The notes below the pieces were generated by a model. The model was not told the DNA's origin and did not search any database. It was given only the letters and a program-made list of their open reading frames with translations. DNA of 64,000 nucleotides from Candidatus Hydrogenedentota bacterium (GTDB taxonomy: Bacteria; Hydrogenedentota; Hydrogenedentia; Hydrogenedentales; SLHB01), in the NCBI GenBank assembly GCA_045863295.1, contig BTWA01000011.1, positions 64,001 through 128,000 on the forward strand, written 5' to 3'. Both the position numbers and the translations under genes were made by a program. Positions 49,280 through 59,529 of this stretch are shown here, piece by piece. The stretch's first letter is position 1. Each line of letters starts with the position of its first letter.

Positions 49280-50179
49280 ATGAACAACTCACCGATTCGA
49301 TTCGTGCAGACAAGCTTTGGGCTATTGCGCGTGTACCAGTGGACCAAGAACCTTCTGGTATTCGCGGCCCTGGTCTTTGCCCAGCAGTTTGACGAGCCGA
49401 GCCAGATACTACGCAGTATTGCCGCCTTTTCGGTGCTTTGCGCCATTTCCAGTGCAGTTTATATTTTCAACGATCTCATTGACATTGAGAAGGACCGAAC
49501 CCATCCGGAGAAGCGCCACCGGCCTTTGCCGAGTGGACAGGTAGGCGTTCCTGTGGCGCTGGCTTTCATGCTGCTTCTCGCGGGCGGGAGTCTGGCGGGC
49601 GCGTATGCCCTTCGTCCGGCGTTTTTCCTTTGCGTGTTGATCTACGTGGCCCTGGTTACCGCGTACACTTTGGTGTTGAAACATCTGCTGATTGTCGACG
49701 TCTTGGTCATCGCAATTGGATTCGTCATTCGGGCGGTATCCGGGGCAATTGTGCTCGACGTGGCCTTTTCCAACTGGCTGGTGGTGTGCACCTTGTTTCT
49801 TGCGTTGTTTCTGGGGCTGGGCAAACGGCGGCGGGAATTGGAGCACTTGGACGACGCGGCGACGTCGCACCGGGCTGTGCTGGGCCTATACACGGTGCGG
49901 TATGTGGACGCCCTGATGTTGGTGCTTGCGGCAACGACCTTGCTCACGTACACGATTTACACGTGCACGCCCGAAGTCATTGAGCGGACGGGTACCGACA
50001 AGCTGTATTTGACGCTGCCTTTTGTCATCTACGGTGTGTTCCGCTATCTGTACATTGTGATGGAGAACAAGGGCGGCGGCGACCCCAGCCGGACCCTTCT
50101 GAAGGACACCGCCCTGTTATCGACCGTATTGTTGTGGGGCGCGGCGTGCATGGTCATTCTGTACACGGGGTCCCACTAG
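49280..50179 (+). CDS. Decaprenyl-phosphate phosphoribosyltransferase-type UbiA prenyltransferase
   Basis: QWTKNLLVF, YIFNDLIDIEKDRTHPEKRHRPLPSG, GKRRRE, GDPS. Confidence 0.9.
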   Translation: MNNSPIRFVQTSFGLLRVYQWTKNLLVFAALVFAQQFDEPSQILRSIAAFSVLCAISSAVYIFNDLIDIEKDRTHPEKRHRPLPSGQVGVPVALAFMLLLAGGSLAGAYALRPAFFLCVLIYVALVTAYTLVLKHLLIVDVLVIAIGFVIRAVSGAIVLDVAFSNWLVVCTLFLALFLGLGKRRRELEHLDDAATSHRAVLGLYTVRYVDALMLVLAATTLLTYTIYTCTPEVIERTGTDKLYLTLPFVIYGVFRYLYIVMENKGGGDPSRTLLKDTALLSTVLLWGAACMVILYTGSH

Positions 50180-50278
50180 AGTCCTCTTGCCTTGTCCCCC
50201 TTTCCGTGCACTCGATTTTTGGCGGTTGCCAAATTACAATAGCCGCAGAGGCGGAGCGAAATTCGGGGGGACTTTTTC

Positions 50279-51595
50279 ATGGGCCAGCGGAAGCAGCAAT
50301 TGGAGGTTGAGCAGAACGCACGGAGGATGGTCGCCCTCATTTTGGGCGGCGGTAGAGGCACGCGCCTGTTCCCGCTGACGCTGGAGCGGGCGAAACCGGC
50401 GGTTCCGTTGTCCGGGCGTTACCGACTTGTCGACATCCCCATCAGCAATTGCATTCATTCCAACGTCAACCGTATTTTTCTTCTAACGCAATTCAACAGT
50501 ACGTCGCTGCACCGGCATATCACGCATACGTATAAGTTTGACAACTTTTCGAATGGTTTTGTCGAGATTCTTGCGGCCGAACAGACGACTGAATCCGGCG
50601 ATTGGTACCAAGGGACGGCCGACGCCATTCGTCAGCACTTGAAGCATATTGGTAATCAGCATGCGAGCCACTACCTGATACTTGCGGGCGACCACTTGTA
50701 CCGCATGGATTACCGCGAAATGTTGGAAACGCATTTAGCCAACGACGCGGACATTACGGTTTCGGTGTTGCCTGTAAACAAGCGTGCGGCGAAGTCGTTT
50801 GGCGTATTGAAAGTGCGCAAAGACGGCCGTATTGCGCAATTTTTCGAGAAGCCGAGCACGGAGGATCAACTTGTCAATCTGGTGACGCCCCCCGAAGTGT
50901 TTGAGAACTTTGGCCTGCAGGCGGGAGGCAAGGAGTATCTAGCCTCCATGGGCATGTATATTTTCAAGCCGCACGTTATGGAAAGTCTATTGCGCGAACA
51001 CAAGGAATGGGTGGATTTTGGGAAGGATGTGATACCGAATTCGTTGAAGGGTTTTCGCGTCTATTCCCATATTTTTCATGGATATTGGGAAGACATCGGG
51101 ACTATCCGGTCGTATTACGAAACGAGCCTGCAAATGGTCCAGGCCAATCCGCACTTCACGTTTCACACAGCCGGCAAACCGATTTATACGCGTCCGCGAT
51201 ACCTTCCGGGGCCGCGCATTCAGGACGCGCAAGTCAAAGACAGCATCATCTGTGAAGGCAGCCACATTCACAGTGCCACGATAACTCAATCCATCGTTGG
51301 AATTCGGATGATTGTCCAGCCGGGTGTGGTGATCGAGAGCTCGATTATCATGGGCAACGATTTTTATGTGGGCGAGCGGGAGCGGAAGTTTACCATCCCC
51401 ATGGGAATTGGCCAGGGATCTCGAATTTCCCGGGCCATTATCGACAAGAATGCCTGCATTGGCAAAAACGTCATTATCCAGGGATCGGATGAATTGCCGG
51501 ATTCGGATGGCGAGAACTATGCCATTCGCGACGGCATTGTGATTATCCCCAAGAATGCGGTTATTCCGGACGGTACAAAGATCGGGGCCGCCTGA
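50279..51595 (+). CDS. glgC: Glucose-1-phosphate adenylyltransferase
   Basis: LGGGRGTRLFPLT, RAKPAVP, WYQGTADA, FEKP, DFGKD, YWEDIGT. Confidence 0.97.
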   Translation: MGQRKQQLEVEQNARRMVALILGGGRGTRLFPLTLERAKPAVPLSGRYRLVDIPISNCIHSNVNRIFLLTQFNSTSLHRHITHTYKFDNFSNGFVEILAAEQTTESGDWYQGTADAIRQHLKHIGNQHASHYLILAGDHLYRMDYREMLETHLANDADITVSVLPVNKRAAKSFGVLKVRKDGRIAQFFEKPSTEDQLVNLVTPPEVFENFGLQAGGKEYLASMGMYIFKPHVMESLLREHKEWVDFGKDVIPNSLKGFRVYSHIFHGYWEDIGTIRSYYETSLQMVQANPHFTFHTAGKPIYTRPRYLPGPRIQDAQVKDSIICEGSHIHSATITQSIVGIRMIVQPGVVIESSIIMGNDFYVGERERKFTIPMGIGQGSRISRAIIDKNACIGKNVIIQGSDELPDSDGENYAIRDGIVIIPKNAVIPDGTKIGAA

Positions 51596-51610
51596 CCTGC
51601 TGAGAGAGCA

Positions 51611-53059
51611 ATGACTTCTTCCCCCCAGAAGGAATTTCGCTGGTACGAAGGCTTGGCCATTCTATTTGGAATGATCGGCATTCAGCTGATGAGCGAAATC
51701 CTTGCGTTGTGGGGCACCTATTTCTATTCTCCGCCACCGGATTCCGGCCGGATTGTCTATGTTTCGATTGGCATGGCGTCGGTGATTTTCGCGGTAGGGA
51801 GCATATTCGATGCCATTACCGACCCGTTAGTGGGGGCGTGGTCGGACCAGACCCGCACCACGCCGGGTTGGGGCCGCCTTATACCCCTGCGCGGGCGCCG
51901 CAGGCCGTTCATCTTCTGGGGCGGGTTGATGATGGTGGGGACCAGCGTGTTGTTCTGGTATCCCCCGGTGCCTCACGAATCCGCGGCGAACCTCATCTAT
52001 GGTTGTCTCATGCTCTGTCTGCACTGGTTCGCATTCACGATTGCCATGGTGCCTCTGAATTCCCTCGCTCCGGAGATAGCACGATCGCAGGAAGGCCGTA
52101 TTCGCATCGGGCAGTGGGTGGCGATTGGCATGATCGTTGGGCTGGCCATAGCCAATATTGCGCCGGCCATGTTGTTGGAACCTCTTGACACCGGGCGCGC
52201 CGCGGCCAATGCGGCCGGGGATGTCATTTCGCCACAAGGCTATCGCAACGTTGCGCTGTTGTTTGGAATCATCTCTCTGGTTTGCTTTTGGTTTCCGGTA
52301 TTCGCGATTCGGGAACGTTACGAACACGTGGAGGGGGCCAATGCGACCGCCACGATCCGGGAGTTGGTGCAGGCGCTGACGAACCGGGTATTCGTCATGT
52401 ATTTATTGGCCTTTTTCTGTTTCAGCATCGGGCTTTTGGCAACGCAACGCGCCCTCCCCTACTGGATTACCGTGGGGCTGGGGCAGAAGGAAGAAGCGTT
52501 GACGATGCTCATGGGTCCGTTCATCGTGTCCGCGCTGGTGTCCTCGGTGTTGTTCATGCCTTTGCTTTCGAAACGGCTGAAACCGAAATGGCTCTTGTTC
52601 CTGTCGTTTGTCCTTATGAGTCTTGCCATGCCCGCCATGTATCCGGTCGCGATAGCGCCGATTGATGGCAACACGAAATTGCTTTTGGGCGCGGTGCTAT
52701 TCAGCATCTCCGGTCTGGGTCAAGGAATACAATACGTGGTGATTGTGTCGCTGTTGGGTGAGATCATCGACCTGGACGAACAACGCAGGGGTGAACGGAG
52801 AGAGGCCGTGTACAACGGCGCCAGCGGTTTGGCCTTCAAGGTGGGGCAAGCGTTTTCGGTTATTGTGGCCGCGCAGTCGATGAATGTTTTTGGGAATACG
52901 CCCAATGAACCGCTGGGCATTTATCTGGTTGGTCCTATTGCGGGCATGTTTGCGCTGGCGGGTATGGTGGTGGTGTGGTTCTATCCGGTCTTGCATGTCA
53001 CTCCCGCCACGGCTGCCGAAGTGGTCAGGTCATCGCGCGATAGACCAACTGAGCCGTAA
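51611..53059 (+). CDS. MFS transporter, GPH/MelB-like
   Basis: DAITDPLVGAWSD, GRRRPF, DEQRRGERREA; ~12 TM. Confidence 0.9.
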   Translation: MTSSPQKEFRWYEGLAILFGMIGIQLMSEILALWGTYFYSPPPDSGRIVYVSIGMASVIFAVGSIFDAITDPLVGAWSDQTRTTPGWGRLIPLRGRRRPFIFWGGLMMVGTSVLFWYPPVPHESAANLIYGCLMLCLHWFAFTIAMVPLNSLAPEIARSQEGRIRIGQWVAIGMIVGLAIANIAPAMLLEPLDTGRAAANAAGDVISPQGYRNVALLFGIISLVCFWFPVFAIRERYEHVEGANATATIRELVQALTNRVFVMYLLAFFCFSIGLLATQRALPYWITVGLGQKEEALTMLMGPFIVSALVSSVLFMPLLSKRLKPKWLLFLSFVLMSLAMPAMYPVAIAPIDGNTKLLLGAVLFSISGLGQGIQYVVIVSLLGEIIDLDEQRRGERREAVYNGASGLAFKVGQAFSVIVAAQSMNVFGNTPNEPLGIYLVGPIAGMFALAGMVVVWFYPVLHVTPATAAEVVRSSRDRPTEP

Positions 53060-53819
53060 TCAGGGCAAGTAGCGTTCCCATCACAATTCGTCTTCGGCGT
53101 AGTGTAAGCCATGCATTCAGACGGCGGCCGGGCCAGCCGGCGAATACGGCGCCAATAAAGACCACCGGAGCAAGCGCAACGTTGACCTGACCATATGTCC
53201 ATGGCAAATGGACAGTCTGCGGCGCGAACACGTGGGCAAGCGTGCCTGATGTACAGGTCATGATGATGACCATGTTCGACAGCGCCACCACGCGTTCATT
53301 TATGCACAGGCCGGCCATCAACGCCATGGGCACGATGGTCACACCGCCGCCGGTGCCGGTAGCCCCTCCAATCAGACCGGCGATGAATCCTATACCGACC
53401 GCGGCCGCTGTGCGCTTTCGGACTTCTTCCTTGGTAACCTTTCGCTCCTTAATGAAGAAAGATCGCACGGCGACAAACCCCAGCAGGCCGATGAAGATAT
53501 AGGTGACAACATGTTCTGGCAGGAGAGAGGTAAACCAGCCGCCCAGATATGCTCCCACGATGGATCCACACGACAATGTCAGTGCGAGCCGGTACGGGAT
53601 GTCCTTGTGTCCACGATTGAGATACCAGGCGCTGAGGGATGATATGAACATAATGGCAAACAGGCTGGTGCCTTTGGCCGTGTTCATGTCCATCTCTGGA
53701 ACGAACGCCAGGAATGCCGGCACCATGAGGATGCCGCCTCCCAGACCCAGGGCGTTGCTGATTAACCCGGCGCCGAAGCCCACCAGGAGCATTTCTCCGA
53801 GAAGCATGTAGAGGTCCAT
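53025..53819 (-). CDS. TSUP/TauE-SafE family permease
   Basis: GLGGGILMVP, AKGTSL, second repeat GTGGGVTIVP. Confidence 0.9.
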   Translation of the reverse strand: MDLYMLLGEMLLVGFGAGLISNALGLGGGILMVPAFLAFVPEMDMNTAKGTSLFAIMFISSLSAWYLNRGHKDIPYRLALTLSCGSIVGAYLGGWFTSLLPEHVVTYIFIGLLGFVAVRSFFIKERKVTKEEVRKRTAAAVGIGFIAGLIGGATGTGGGVTIVPMALMAGLCINERVVALSNMVIIMTCTSGTLAHVFAPQTVHLPWTYGQVNVALAPVVFIGAVFAGWPGRRLNAWLTLRRRRIVMGTLLALITAQLVYRAMT

Positions 53820-53953
53820 GTGTCACTCTTCAGGGGTATGTATTTCAATTTTCCAGATTTCAGGAGTGTAGCGAAGTTCTTGCGGATTTCTACAGCCTGC
53901 GCGTGAATTTCCTGTTTGCGTGCCATGCAAGGCAACGGTAAAATTCCGGACCT

Positions 53954-55069
53954 ATGTATGAAGTGTACTCATTTGCCCTTTTGGCATGGCGGTTCATTCT
54001 GTACTTTGCTTACAGATTGGGCCTTCGATCGTGTCCGACATTTCGGGACATGTACCCCGAAGGCGTCGTCGCATTTGACCGGATGATGGGCTGGCCACGT
54101 GTCCTTCGGCCGGGCGGTTTGGAGCATTGTCCCAAGTCCGGCCCGGTGCTTTTTGCCGCGAATCACATCAAAAAGGACGATCCCTTCATCATGTATCGCA
54201 CGACGCATCACGCGCATCAGGGCGCTTATCCGGTGCGTTACATGATGCGCGACGACTTCTTTGCGTCAATGAAGAAGCGGCGGATGCTGGATATTGATGA
54301 ACTGGCGGTTATGGCGGGGGCCATGCTCATCAACCGGGAGCACCCCAAACTCTCCCAGTTGCGTCCTTTCATTCAAGAATTACTGGACGGCCACGGTTTC
54401 ATCATGTACCCCAGCGGCACCCGGACCCGAAGCGGGCTATTCTTCGAATATCGCGACGATAACGATGAGCCCGGCGGCATGATGTTCTTTATTGCTCAAG
54501 CGCAAAACCGGCGTCCGGAACTGCGCGTTCCCGCGGTTCCGATGGCGCGAACGTACAATATGATCACGAAGAAAAGCGCCATCATTCTGGGAGAACCGGT
54601 GTATTTGCCTGAGGGTGCGGACAAGCATGTGCAGCGCGATCTCGATTTCGAAATGATCCGCCGAGTGGCAGCTCTTGTGGAAGTAAATGTTTCGCAATTG
54701 GTATGCGGTCTATTGTACTTGCGTGTTTTGCATGGGCTTTCCGCGGTCGTATCCAAGCATGAGCTTGTGCAAGACGCAGGCATTGCTTTGCGCAAGGTTA
54801 CCCACCCGCTTGTCGACCCGGACGCCGAATCTACACTCGTGGGACAGGTAACGGCTACGGTCGAATTTCTGGCCGCTTCGGGGTGTGTAATGTGCTCCGG
54901 CGACGAGATTCGAATCGACCGGGAGCGAGTACTTTCCGCGCCCCCGTTGGATACGGAATACGTGAAACAGAATCCTGTGAAATATATTTTGAACCACGTC
55001 ATCCATTTGGCCGACGTGGTTTCTGCCCTTGAACACGCCGTGTTGGACCGCGAACCTCCGGCTGTGTAG
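53954..55069 (+). CDS. PlsC/GPAT-like lysophospholipid acyltransferase
   Basis: NHIKKDD (HxxxxD), YPSGTRTRSG. Confidence 0.8.
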   Translation: MYEVYSFALLAWRFILYFAYRLGLRSCPTFRDMYPEGVVAFDRMMGWPRVLRPGGLEHCPKSGPVLFAANHIKKDDPFIMYRTTHHAHQGAYPVRYMMRDDFFASMKKRRMLDIDELAVMAGAMLINREHPKLSQLRPFIQELLDGHGFIMYPSGTRTRSGLFFEYRDDNDEPGGMMFFIAQAQNRRPELRVPAVPMARTYNMITKKSAIILGEPVYLPEGADKHVQRDLDFEMIRRVAALVEVNVSQLVCGLLYLRVLHGLSAVVSKHELVQDAGIALRKVTHPLVDPDAESTLVGQVTATVEFLAASGCVMCSGDEIRIDRERVLSAPPLDTEYVKQNPVKYILNHVIHLADVVSALEHAVLDREPPAV

Positions 55070-55091
55070 TGGGTGTGGAATCTGGCGTTCG

Positions 55092-55637
55092 TCAGTTTTG
55101 CGATGTGGATTTGATGGACGTGGACTTGCGAATGCATTCGCTTGGGCAAACGAAGTGCCGGGTCCGGTTCGACGCATCGAGCGGTGGCACGCCTTCGCCT
55201 TCCACGTGAGCAAACGGGCACTTCCCGCGAAAGATGACCTGAGCTTCGTCGATATGCACGCCCGGCAGATTGGGGTCGATGCACGGCTTGGATTGAATCA
55301 GACAGGGCACGTCGAATATGGCCGAACATTCGCGGCATACGAAATGGTGGTGCCACTCCAAGGCCAACTCATATAGTGTTCTTCCGGGTCCTGCATCCGC
55401 CACCATCACCAGCAGGCTGTCCGTCAAGTCTTTCATCACGTTGTACACGGAGGCGCGGGGCAACGCCGTTCCGCGATCGCGCAACGCGTCCAACAGATCA
55501 TCAACCGAATGGTGTCCGCCCAGTTCGTGCAGCAGTTTGAGCACGATAAGGCGGGGTTGCGTTACACGCAACCCCGCTTGACGGAGACGGTCGGCAAACT
55601 CGGCTTCGGTTATTTTTCTTGTGCTTGCATCATCCAC
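55092..55637 (-). CDS. Fur-family regulator, FurA/PerR-like
   Basis: GLRVTQPR, RASVYN, HHHFVCREC; GTG start overlaps the dps 3' end. Confidence 0.9.
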   Translation of the reverse strand: MDDASTRKITEAEFADRLRQAGLRVTQPRLIVLKLLHELGGHHSVDDLLDALRDRGTALPRASVYNVMKDLTDSLLVMVADAGPGRTLYELALEWHHHFVCRECSAIFDVPCLIQSKPCIDPNLPGVHIDEAQVIFRGKCPFAHVEGEGVPPLDASNRTRHFVCPSECIRKSTSIKSTSQN

Positions 55638-56110
55638 AATTGCTTCTCCAATGTCTGTATGATGCCGATTAACACGTCTTCGGAAACGGCGTCCACTTCG
55701 CCAACGGCGTCCTGATGCAGGCGCAGGCGATTCACCACTGTGGCAATACGATCCGCGATCAGGGTACGGACATTTACATCCATAACCGGGCCTTCTGGAA
55801 AAGCTTCCAACCCGGATTGGCGGGCCACTGTTTGCGCCCGGCCGTCGGGCGCGATGTTCAAGGCGGTCATGCGCTCCGCGATTTCATCGGAAGCAATGCG
55901 GTAAGCGTCCACCAATTCATCCAATTCCAAGTGGATGGACCGGAAGCCAGGGCCCATCACAACCCAGTGGGCCTGTTTAGCTTGCAATGACAAATCGATC
56001 ATGTCGGCGAGCGCTGCCTGCAGGGCATCCCCTACGGTGTCGCGCGCGGCGTCACTCAAGGTGGTCCGTTTCAATTTCATTGTCGGGGCATGCGTTGTTG
56101 CGATGGCCAT
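55610..56110 (-). CDS. dps: DNA starvation/stationary phase protection protein Dps
   Basis: KQAHWVVMGPGFRSIHLELDE, DEIAERM, EKQLWM; GGAGG RBS. Confidence 0.95.
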   Translation of the reverse strand: MAIATTHAPTMKLKRTTLSDAARDTVGDALQAALADMIDLSLQAKQAHWVVMGPGFRSIHLELDELVDAYRIASDEIAERMTALNIAPDGRAQTVARQSGLEAFPEGPVMDVNVRTLIADRIATVVNRLRLHQDAVGEVDAVSEDVLIGIIQTLEKQLWMMQAQEK

Positions 56111-56147
56111 TTCGTATACCTCCCGAATTATGGCATCAAATCTAAAA

Positions 56148-56162
56148 TTTGACTATGTCTAA
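56148..56162 (-). promoter_or_regulatory. Putative Fur/Per-box-like operator upstream of dps-fur
   Basis: TTAGAC-ATA-GTCAAA 15-bp imperfect palindrome in an AT-rich leader. Confidence 0.55.
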
Positions 56163-56295
56163 TATATCATGATTTTTGTTTTGGTGCAACTCGCGACAGC
56201 GTACTTTCAAATTTTCTTTTTCGGTTTAAGCCCATTTCGTACAATAGCTTAAGCTTTTTCGATCCGGCGGCCGCGTGCCTTACCAGGAAACGTCA

Positions 56296-57057
56296 ATGAT
56301 TTCCCTTTATCAAAGCCCGAAATACTACGATCTTGCATTTTCGTATCGCGACGTACCCGCCGAGGTGGGGGTTCTGGAACAGTGCATGCGGCGTTTTTGC
56401 GCCTTACCGGTCCGATCGGTGGCGGAATGGGCTTGTGGGCAGGCGCCTTATGCGGCCGAGATTATGAATAGGGGTTATGCTTACACCGGGCTCGACCTGA
56501 ATCCGGTTATGCTGGAGTATGCGCGTAGCCGATTGACCAGAGGCAAAGCCGCATGGCACTTGGTTGAAGGCAACATGATTCGCTTTCAATTGCCGGAACC
56601 GGTGGACTTCGCGTATGTGCTTTTAGCGTCCCTGTACGCGCAGTCGACTCAGGAGTTGCAGTCGCATTACAATTCGGTGGCCATGGCGTTGCGGCCCGGC
56701 GGTCTGTATGTCTTGGAATGGTGCGTCGAATTCGACCCGTTGACGGACGTGGCGGAATCCTGGGAGGTTGAAGGCGACGGCATTTCGATTCTGGCAACGT
56801 ACTACACGCGATGGCAGAATCATGTGGAACAAATCCTGGAGGAAACCATCCGGTTGGACGTCTCCGAGGACGGCCAGGAATTTACCATAGAAGACACATT
56901 CACCCGGAGAGTGATTTTTCCTCAGGAGTTCCTGGAGTTCATCCGGAATCATACCGAATTCGAGTTTCTGGGTTGGTGGAATAACTGGGACTTGGACGAA
57001 CCGGTGGATGGCCTGAATCCGGTGAGTCGTCCCATTGTCGTATTGAGACGGCGCTGA
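56296..57057 (+). CDS. Class I SAM-dependent methyltransferase
   Basis: YYDLAF, EWACG, GLDLNPVML, LRPGGLYV; start may be 56275. Confidence 0.88.
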   Translation: MISLYQSPKYYDLAFSYRDVPAEVGVLEQCMRRFCALPVRSVAEWACGQAPYAAEIMNRGYAYTGLDLNPVMLEYARSRLTRGKAAWHLVEGNMIRFQLPEPVDFAYVLLASLYAQSTQELQSHYNSVAMALRPGGLYVLEWCVEFDPLTDVAESWEVEGDGISILATYYTRWQNHVEQILEETIRLDVSEDGQEFTIEDTFTRRVIFPQEFLEFIRNHTEFEFLGWWNNWDLDEPVDGLNPVSRPIVVLRRR

Positions 57058-57082
57058 GCCGTGTTCGATTGGGCGGTGCTTG

Positions 57083-58027
57083 ATGTGGAACAAGACGGAA
57101 TATCAACGGCGGCTTAAATGGATGTTCGTGATTTCGTGCGCGATCCACGTCATCATGCTTGTGGCGACGGCGTCGCTACGTCCGCCTGTGTCTTATTCAT
57201 TTGCCCTTTCAGACGGCGTGCAGCCGATGACGGTTAAACTGGCTCCTCGCAAACAGACTCCCAAGCGCCTGATAGACACGTATCAACCGGCGGAGGAAGC
57301 GCCGGATTCAGCTACCGACTTAATTTCTGAAAACGACTCCAATGCGCGCGACATGTCGGATGTGGAGGCGCCCCGTGAGGCGCCGCACGCCGAAAAGCCG
57401 GCTGAGTTTGACGAACTGGGCAGCCCACCTGAGCCGGCTGCTCCCGCAAAACCCTCGGAAAGCCCAGCCTCTGTTCCTGCGGTTGTGCCCGAACCGGCTG
57501 AGGCGCCCGCGCCTCCGGCCGTAGAGGACATCTTGCCAAAACCGGTGGACGACTCGCCGCTTCCCACCCCCACGCCGGCTTCGGAAGCGGCAGGCGCCGT
57601 GGAAGCCGAGCGTGTGCAGTTGGCCAAGCTGGCGCCGGAAACGCCGGTAAAAATGACGCCGGGCGAGATCAAGGGACGTCCGAATGGGGGTACGAATCGT
57701 CGCGGGCTCTTGAGTTACGAGGCGATGTCGAACCAGTTTGCGCCTTACCTGAAAGAGGTCAGGTCGAATGTGGAGCGGCGCTGGCGCGGCTTAATGATTA
57801 ACTACACGGGAACAAAGGCGACGAATGCGGTCATCGACTGTTCCATAGGACCTGACGGCAAGCTGGCCCATGTGGAGATTGTCGATGCGGGCGACTCGGC
57901 GACGTACGCCGCGTTGTGCAAGAAGGCCATTGAAGACGCGGGCCCGTTCAAGCCATTTCCGTTTCGCATTCCCGAGATCTATGCCGAGGAAACGCTGGAC
58001 ATCCGCTGGACCTTTTCTTACCTCTGA
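57083..58027 (+). CDS. TonB/TolA-like protein (TM, Pro-rich linker, TonB C-terminal domain)
   Basis: SCAIH TM motif, P/A/E-rich spacer, YLKEVRSNVERRW..IGPDG..AGPFKPFP. Confidence 0.82.
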   Translation: MWNKTEYQRRLKWMFVISCAIHVIMLVATASLRPPVSYSFALSDGVQPMTVKLAPRKQTPKRLIDTYQPAEEAPDSATDLISENDSNARDMSDVEAPREAPHAEKPAEFDELGSPPEPAAPAKPSESPASVPAVVPEPAEAPAPPAVEDILPKPVDDSPLPTPTPASEAAGAVEAERVQLAKLAPETPVKMTPGEIKGRPNGGTNRRGLLSYEAMSNQFAPYLKEVRSNVERRWRGLMINYTGTKATNAVIDCSIGPDGKLAHVEIVDAGDSATYAALCKKAIEDAGPFKPFPFRIPEIYAEETLDIRWTFSYL

Positions 58028-59131
58028 CTATTGTCGGCTGGCCAGAACCCGCTTGGCGAGCGCGGTTAATCTGGGAGAGGCGTGATCGAAAAAGCGCATG
58101 TACGCCGCGCACAATGCCGAAGGATCGTGAACGGAGCCTGTCGCGAGGCGATCCTTGGGACAGCCGCCGTGACACATGGAACGCCACCGGCATCCGCGAC
58201 ACGCGGGCACTTTGTTTTTTTGAAATGCGAATTGCTTGAATCGATCGAGCTGCAGAAATTCGGGGAGCGGACGATCCTTGACATTGCCGAGTTTCCAGTC
58301 GCCATAGACGAAGAAATCGCACGGGTACACATCGCCGTTGTGTTCAATGACAATATATCCGTTGCAGCGATCGCCGTAAACGCACATGCCTCCCGGCAGC
58401 CCGGCGCGCGTAGTCAGCATGGCGTCGAAATCACGAATCGAGACACGCCCCATCCCTTCCCGGGCCCAATAGTCAAACGTATCACATAAGAACTCCCCGT
58501 AGGCTTCGACGGGCACGTTATGCTTACCTCCCTTCTCCACGCAGGGAATGAATTGGAGATATTGAAACCCACGATCGACAAACCAACGCAACAGATCCGC
58601 GCCCATGGAGACATTTGCATCGTTTACGACACACAGGATGTTGAACTCGACTCCGGTTCGCGTCATGAGTTCGGCCGCGGCCATGGCGCTGGACCACATG
58701 CCCCGGCCGCCGATGTTCTTGCGGTACTGGTTGTGGATGTCTTCGGGACCGTCGATGCTGAGTCCGATGAGAAAGTTGTGTTGCCGAAACAGGCGGCACC
58801 ATGCTTCGTCCAACAACGATCCGTTGGTCTGTAGCGCGTTTGCCACTTGCTGGCCGGGCAGGGCAAATTGCCGTTGCAGTGCTACGGCCCGCTGAAAGAA
58901 CTCGAGACCTGCCAGAGTGGGCTCTCCCCCCTGCCACGCAAACACAGATACGGGGAATCTCTGTTCCATGAGCCCGCGCACTATGGTCTCCAGCACATCA
59001 TCCGGCATTTGGTGACGTTTTTCATCCGGATACAATTCCAGCGCGCGCAGGTAGAAACAATAATCGCAACGAAGGTTGCAGTCTCCCCCCACGGGTTTAA
59101 TCAACAATTGAAACGGATGCGATTCCCCCAT
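58028..59131 (-). CDS. Anaerobic sulfatase maturase (radical SAM/SPASM)
   Basis: KP..CNLRCDYCFY, WQGGEPTL, QTNG, SPASM cysteines (YPCDF, CRGC..CHGGC). Confidence 0.93.
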   Translation of the reverse strand: MGESHPFQLLIKPVGGDCNLRCDYCFYLRALELYPDEKRHQMPDDVLETIVRGLMEQRFPVSVFAWQGGEPTLAGLEFFQRAVALQRQFALPGQQVANALQTNGSLLDEAWCRLFRQHNFLIGLSIDGPEDIHNQYRKNIGGRGMWSSAMAAAELMTRTGVEFNILCVVNDANVSMGADLLRWFVDRGFQYLQFIPCVEKGGKHNVPVEAYGEFLCDTFDYWAREGMGRVSIRDFDAMLTTRAGLPGGMCVYGDRCNGYIVIEHNGDVYPCDFFVYGDWKLGNVKDRPLPEFLQLDRFKQFAFQKNKVPACRGCRWRSMCHGGCPKDRLATGSVHDPSALCAAYMRFFDHASPRLTALAKRVLASRQ

Positions 59132-59176
59132 GGCGAGAGTATAGCACGGGCTGAATGAGAACGGGAGATTCGCCGA

Positions 59177-59434
59177 TTATGAGACCTGCGAAAGCGGAAT
59201 GGCCTCATCAATCAGCATGATGGGAATATCTTCGCGAATGGGATACAGGTAGGCTTTATCCTCACGTACCAAGCCGGCGTCAATTTTTTCTTCGATCTTC
59301 TCGCCGGCGCGGTTCTTCAACGAGCCTGCCGAAATGGCTTCGTTGATACGGGCGACGAGGGCTTCTTCGGCAAGTACGACCGGCGTCTTGTTTTCGGGGC
59401 AAACCAGAATATTCAGGAGTTCTTGATCAACCAT
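59177..59434 (-). CDS. Trm112/YcaR-like protein
   Basis: LLNILVCP, YPIREDIPIMLIDEA. Confidence 0.9.
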   Translation of the reverse strand: MVDQELLNILVCPENKTPVVLAEEALVARINEAISAGSLKNRAGEKIEEKIDAGLVREDKAYLYPIREDIPIMLIDEAIPLSQVS

Positions 59435-59529
59435 GTGCGCCATCGTCTCCGCGTTCAACCGGGGTTCTGTTCGTATTGTATAATGGCGTGCGATATGTTT
59501 CCAGTGAGTGTTGTGCGAAAGGAATGGCA

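Noticed and set aside
58028..59131. Radical SAM enzyme as the missing AmmeMemoRadiSam partner or a RiPP maturase
   Set aside because: Its motifs are those of anaerobic sulfatase maturases, it is 31 kb away, and no precursor peptide is evident
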